Part shown: positions 62,647 to 64,000 of the stretch, piece by piece | Layout of the letters: each line of letters starts with the position of its first letter | Position numbering within the stretch: position 1 is the first letter of the stretch | Source: a bacterium | GTDB lineage: Bacteria > ARS69 | Direction: 5' to 3' | Length of the DNA stretch: 64,000 nucleotides | NCBI GenBank assembly: GCA_041393395.1 | Contig: JAWKKG010000002.1 | Span: forward strand, 124,468-188,467 | Notes under the pieces: generated by a model | Database searches by the model: none | Seen by the model: only the letters and a program-made list of their open reading frames with translations | Told to the model about the DNA's origin: nothing | Position numbers and translations under genes: made by a program

Positions 62647-64000
62647 GGGATCTGCGCGAGTTCCTGACCGCGGTGGAGCGGGCGGGTGAGCTGCGTCGCG
62701 TGAAGACGCCGGTGGATGCGCGGCTCGAGATCACCGAGATCTGCCAGCGTGTGGTGCGCGAGGAAGGTCCGGCCCTCCTGTTCGAGAACGTGGAGGGCGC
62801 CGACTTCCCGCTCGCGATCAACCTGTTCGGCTCGCGACGGCGCGTGGAACTCGCGCTCGGCCGGCCGCCGGCCGCGATCGGCGAGTCGCTGGTGGGACTC
62901 GCGGAAAAGATGAAGTCGCCGAGCCTCGGCGCGCTGCTCGGGAGCGCCGGCGAGCTCGCGCGCCTGCGCGGCATGAAGCCGAAGCTCGTCGGCGGCGGTC
63001 CCGTGCGCGAAGTGGCCGAGGCGCCGAACCTCGAGCGCCTGCCGGTGCTCACGTGCTGGCCGGACGACGGCGGGCCGTTCTTCACGTTCCCGCTCGTGCA
63101 CACGAAGAGCCCGCGCGACGGTTCCCTGAACGTCGGCATCTACCGAATGCAGCGCTTCGGCCCGGCCGAGACGGGCATGCACTGGCAGATCGGGAAGGGC
63201 GGCGGCTACCACCACTTCGAGGCGGAGGACGAGGGGAAGCCGCTGCCGGTCGCGGTGGCGCTCGGCGGCGATCCCGCGCTGATGCTCGCCGCGATGATGC
63301 CGCTGCCGGAGGGTCTGAGCGAGGCGGCGTTCGTGGGGCTGCTGCGCGGCGCGCCACTCGAGCTCTCGCGCGGCCGCGCCGTGGATGTGCCGGTGCCCGC
63401 GCGCGCGGAGTTCGTGCTGGAGGGCGAGGTGGCGGCGGGCGAGCGCCGCACCGAGGGTCCGTTCGGCGATCACTTCGGTCACTACTCGGCGGCGGCGCCG
63501 TTCCCGGTGTTCCGCGTGAAGCGCGTGTCCCGCCGCCGCGACGCGATCTACCCCGCGATCGTGGTGGGCAAGCCGCCGCAGGAAGACGGATTCATGGGCA
63601 ACGCCGTGCAGGAGCTGCTCGGTCCGTTGATCCGGCTGCCGCACCCCGAGATCCGCGACCTGTGGACGTACGAGGCGACCGGTTTCCACCACCTGCTGGT
63701 GGCGTCCTCCGAGGAGCGCTTCGAGAAGGAGGCGATGCGGTCCGCGTTCGGGTTGCTCGGCCAGGGGCAGCTCGGTCTCACGAAGGTGCTCGTGATGGTC
63801 GGCCGCGACGTGGACCCGCGCCACCTCGACGCGGTGCTCGACGCGATCGCCGACCGCTTCGAGCCGACCGAGGACTTCCACCTGCTCACGAAGGTGCCGT
63901 TCGACACGCTCGACTTCACGAGCTACACGCTGAACGTCGGCAGCAAGATGATCCTGGACTGCACGCGCGGTCCGGCCGGCGCGCCGCTGCCCGAGCTGCC
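62643..64000 (+). CDS. ubiD: UbiD-family prFMN-dependent decarboxylase; 3' end beyond the window
   Basis: GTG overlaps the ubiX stop (GTGA). ...NLFGS...GIYRMQ...GGGYHHFEAEDEGKPLPVAVALGGDP...GPFGDHFGHY.... No stop codon before the window end. Confidence 0.9.
   Translation, partial: MRDLREFLTAVERAGELRRVKTPVDARLEITEICQRVVREEGPALLFENVEGADFPLAINLFGSRRRVELALGRPPAAIGESLVGLAEKMKSPSLGALLGSAGELARLRGMKPKLVGGGPVREVAEAPNLERLPVLTCWPDDGGPFFTFPLVHTKSPRDGSLNVGIYRMQRFGPAETGMHWQIGKGGGYHHFEAEDEGKPLPVAVALGGDPALMLAAMMPLPEGLSEAAFVGLLRGAPLELSRGRAVDVPVPARAEFVLEGEVAAGERRTEGPFGDHFGHYSAAAPFPVFRVKRVSRRRDAIYPAIVVGKPPQEDGFMGNAVQELLGPLIRLPHPEIRDLWTYEATGFHHLLVASSEERFEKEAMRSAFGLLGQGQLGLTKVLVMVGRDVDPRHLDAVLDAIADRFEPTEDFHLLTKVPFDTLDFTSYTLNVGSKMILDCTRGPAGAPLPEL

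Noticed and set aside
1-64000. CRISPR arrays, rRNA genes and tRNA genes
   Set aside because: No regularly spaced direct repeats with unique spacers were found. No tRNA-like T-loop (GGTTCGANTCC) was found outside coding sequence. No rRNA-like conserved blocks were seen.

Overview
This is a high-GC (about 70%) bacterial chromosomal segment. Coding density is high, and many long antisense 'shadow' ORFs in the six-frame track are GC artefacts that I reject. Two proteins end in FlgD-Ig/T9SS-type C-terminal domains, which suggests a Gemmatimonadota/FCB-like or candidate-phylum origin; this is inference only.

Housekeeping and defined operons: pyruvate kinase, peptide deformylase, ErpA/IscA, SppA, UbiX-UbiD plus a UbiA prenyltransferase, a B12-radical-SAM protein coupled to a thioredoxin-like protein, an EVE protein, an M42 peptidase, an ada/alkA-ogt adaptive-response pair, a glycosyltransferase, an ABC-2 exporter pair, and a translationally coupled CusC-CusB-CusA heavy-metal RND efflux operon followed by a triple-YHS periplasmic protein. 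A JAMM protease, a ThiS-like carrier with a 4-residue extension past Gly-Gly, and MoeZ sit divergent to a homocysteine S-methyltransferase. This looks like a protein-thiocarboxylate (HcyS/HcyD/HcyF-like) sulfur-transfer module.

Accessory and mobile content: an IS1595-like insertion sequence sits exactly between the convergent def and a membrane alkaline-phosphatase-family gene. A nested cluster of MITE-like inverted-repeat elements lies downstream of pyk, and several intergenic tandem repeats are present.

Most interesting: a family of secreted proteins with one short, previously uncharacterised-looking C-terminal tag, ...SWGR[LIV]K..[YF]R. Members are three right-handed beta-helix proteins, a two-LTD-domain protein and a small Cys-motif protein. 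Two of the beta-helix genes form a tandemly duplicated two-gene cassette: the tagged beta-helix protein plus a translationally coupled small secreted partner of unknown family. The beta-helix B cassette and the large gene directly upstream of the first cassette carry a duplicated, near-identical 5' leader (8-bp-arm palindrome, C-rich tract, SD embedded in the palindrome CTCCCGGGAG, and the ATG). The LTD member lies behind a textbook sigma-54 promoter, directly downstream of a TPR-GAF sigma-54 activator. The large upstream gene of the cassette locus is interrupted by two compensating frameshifts at C9 and C5 homopolymer tracts.
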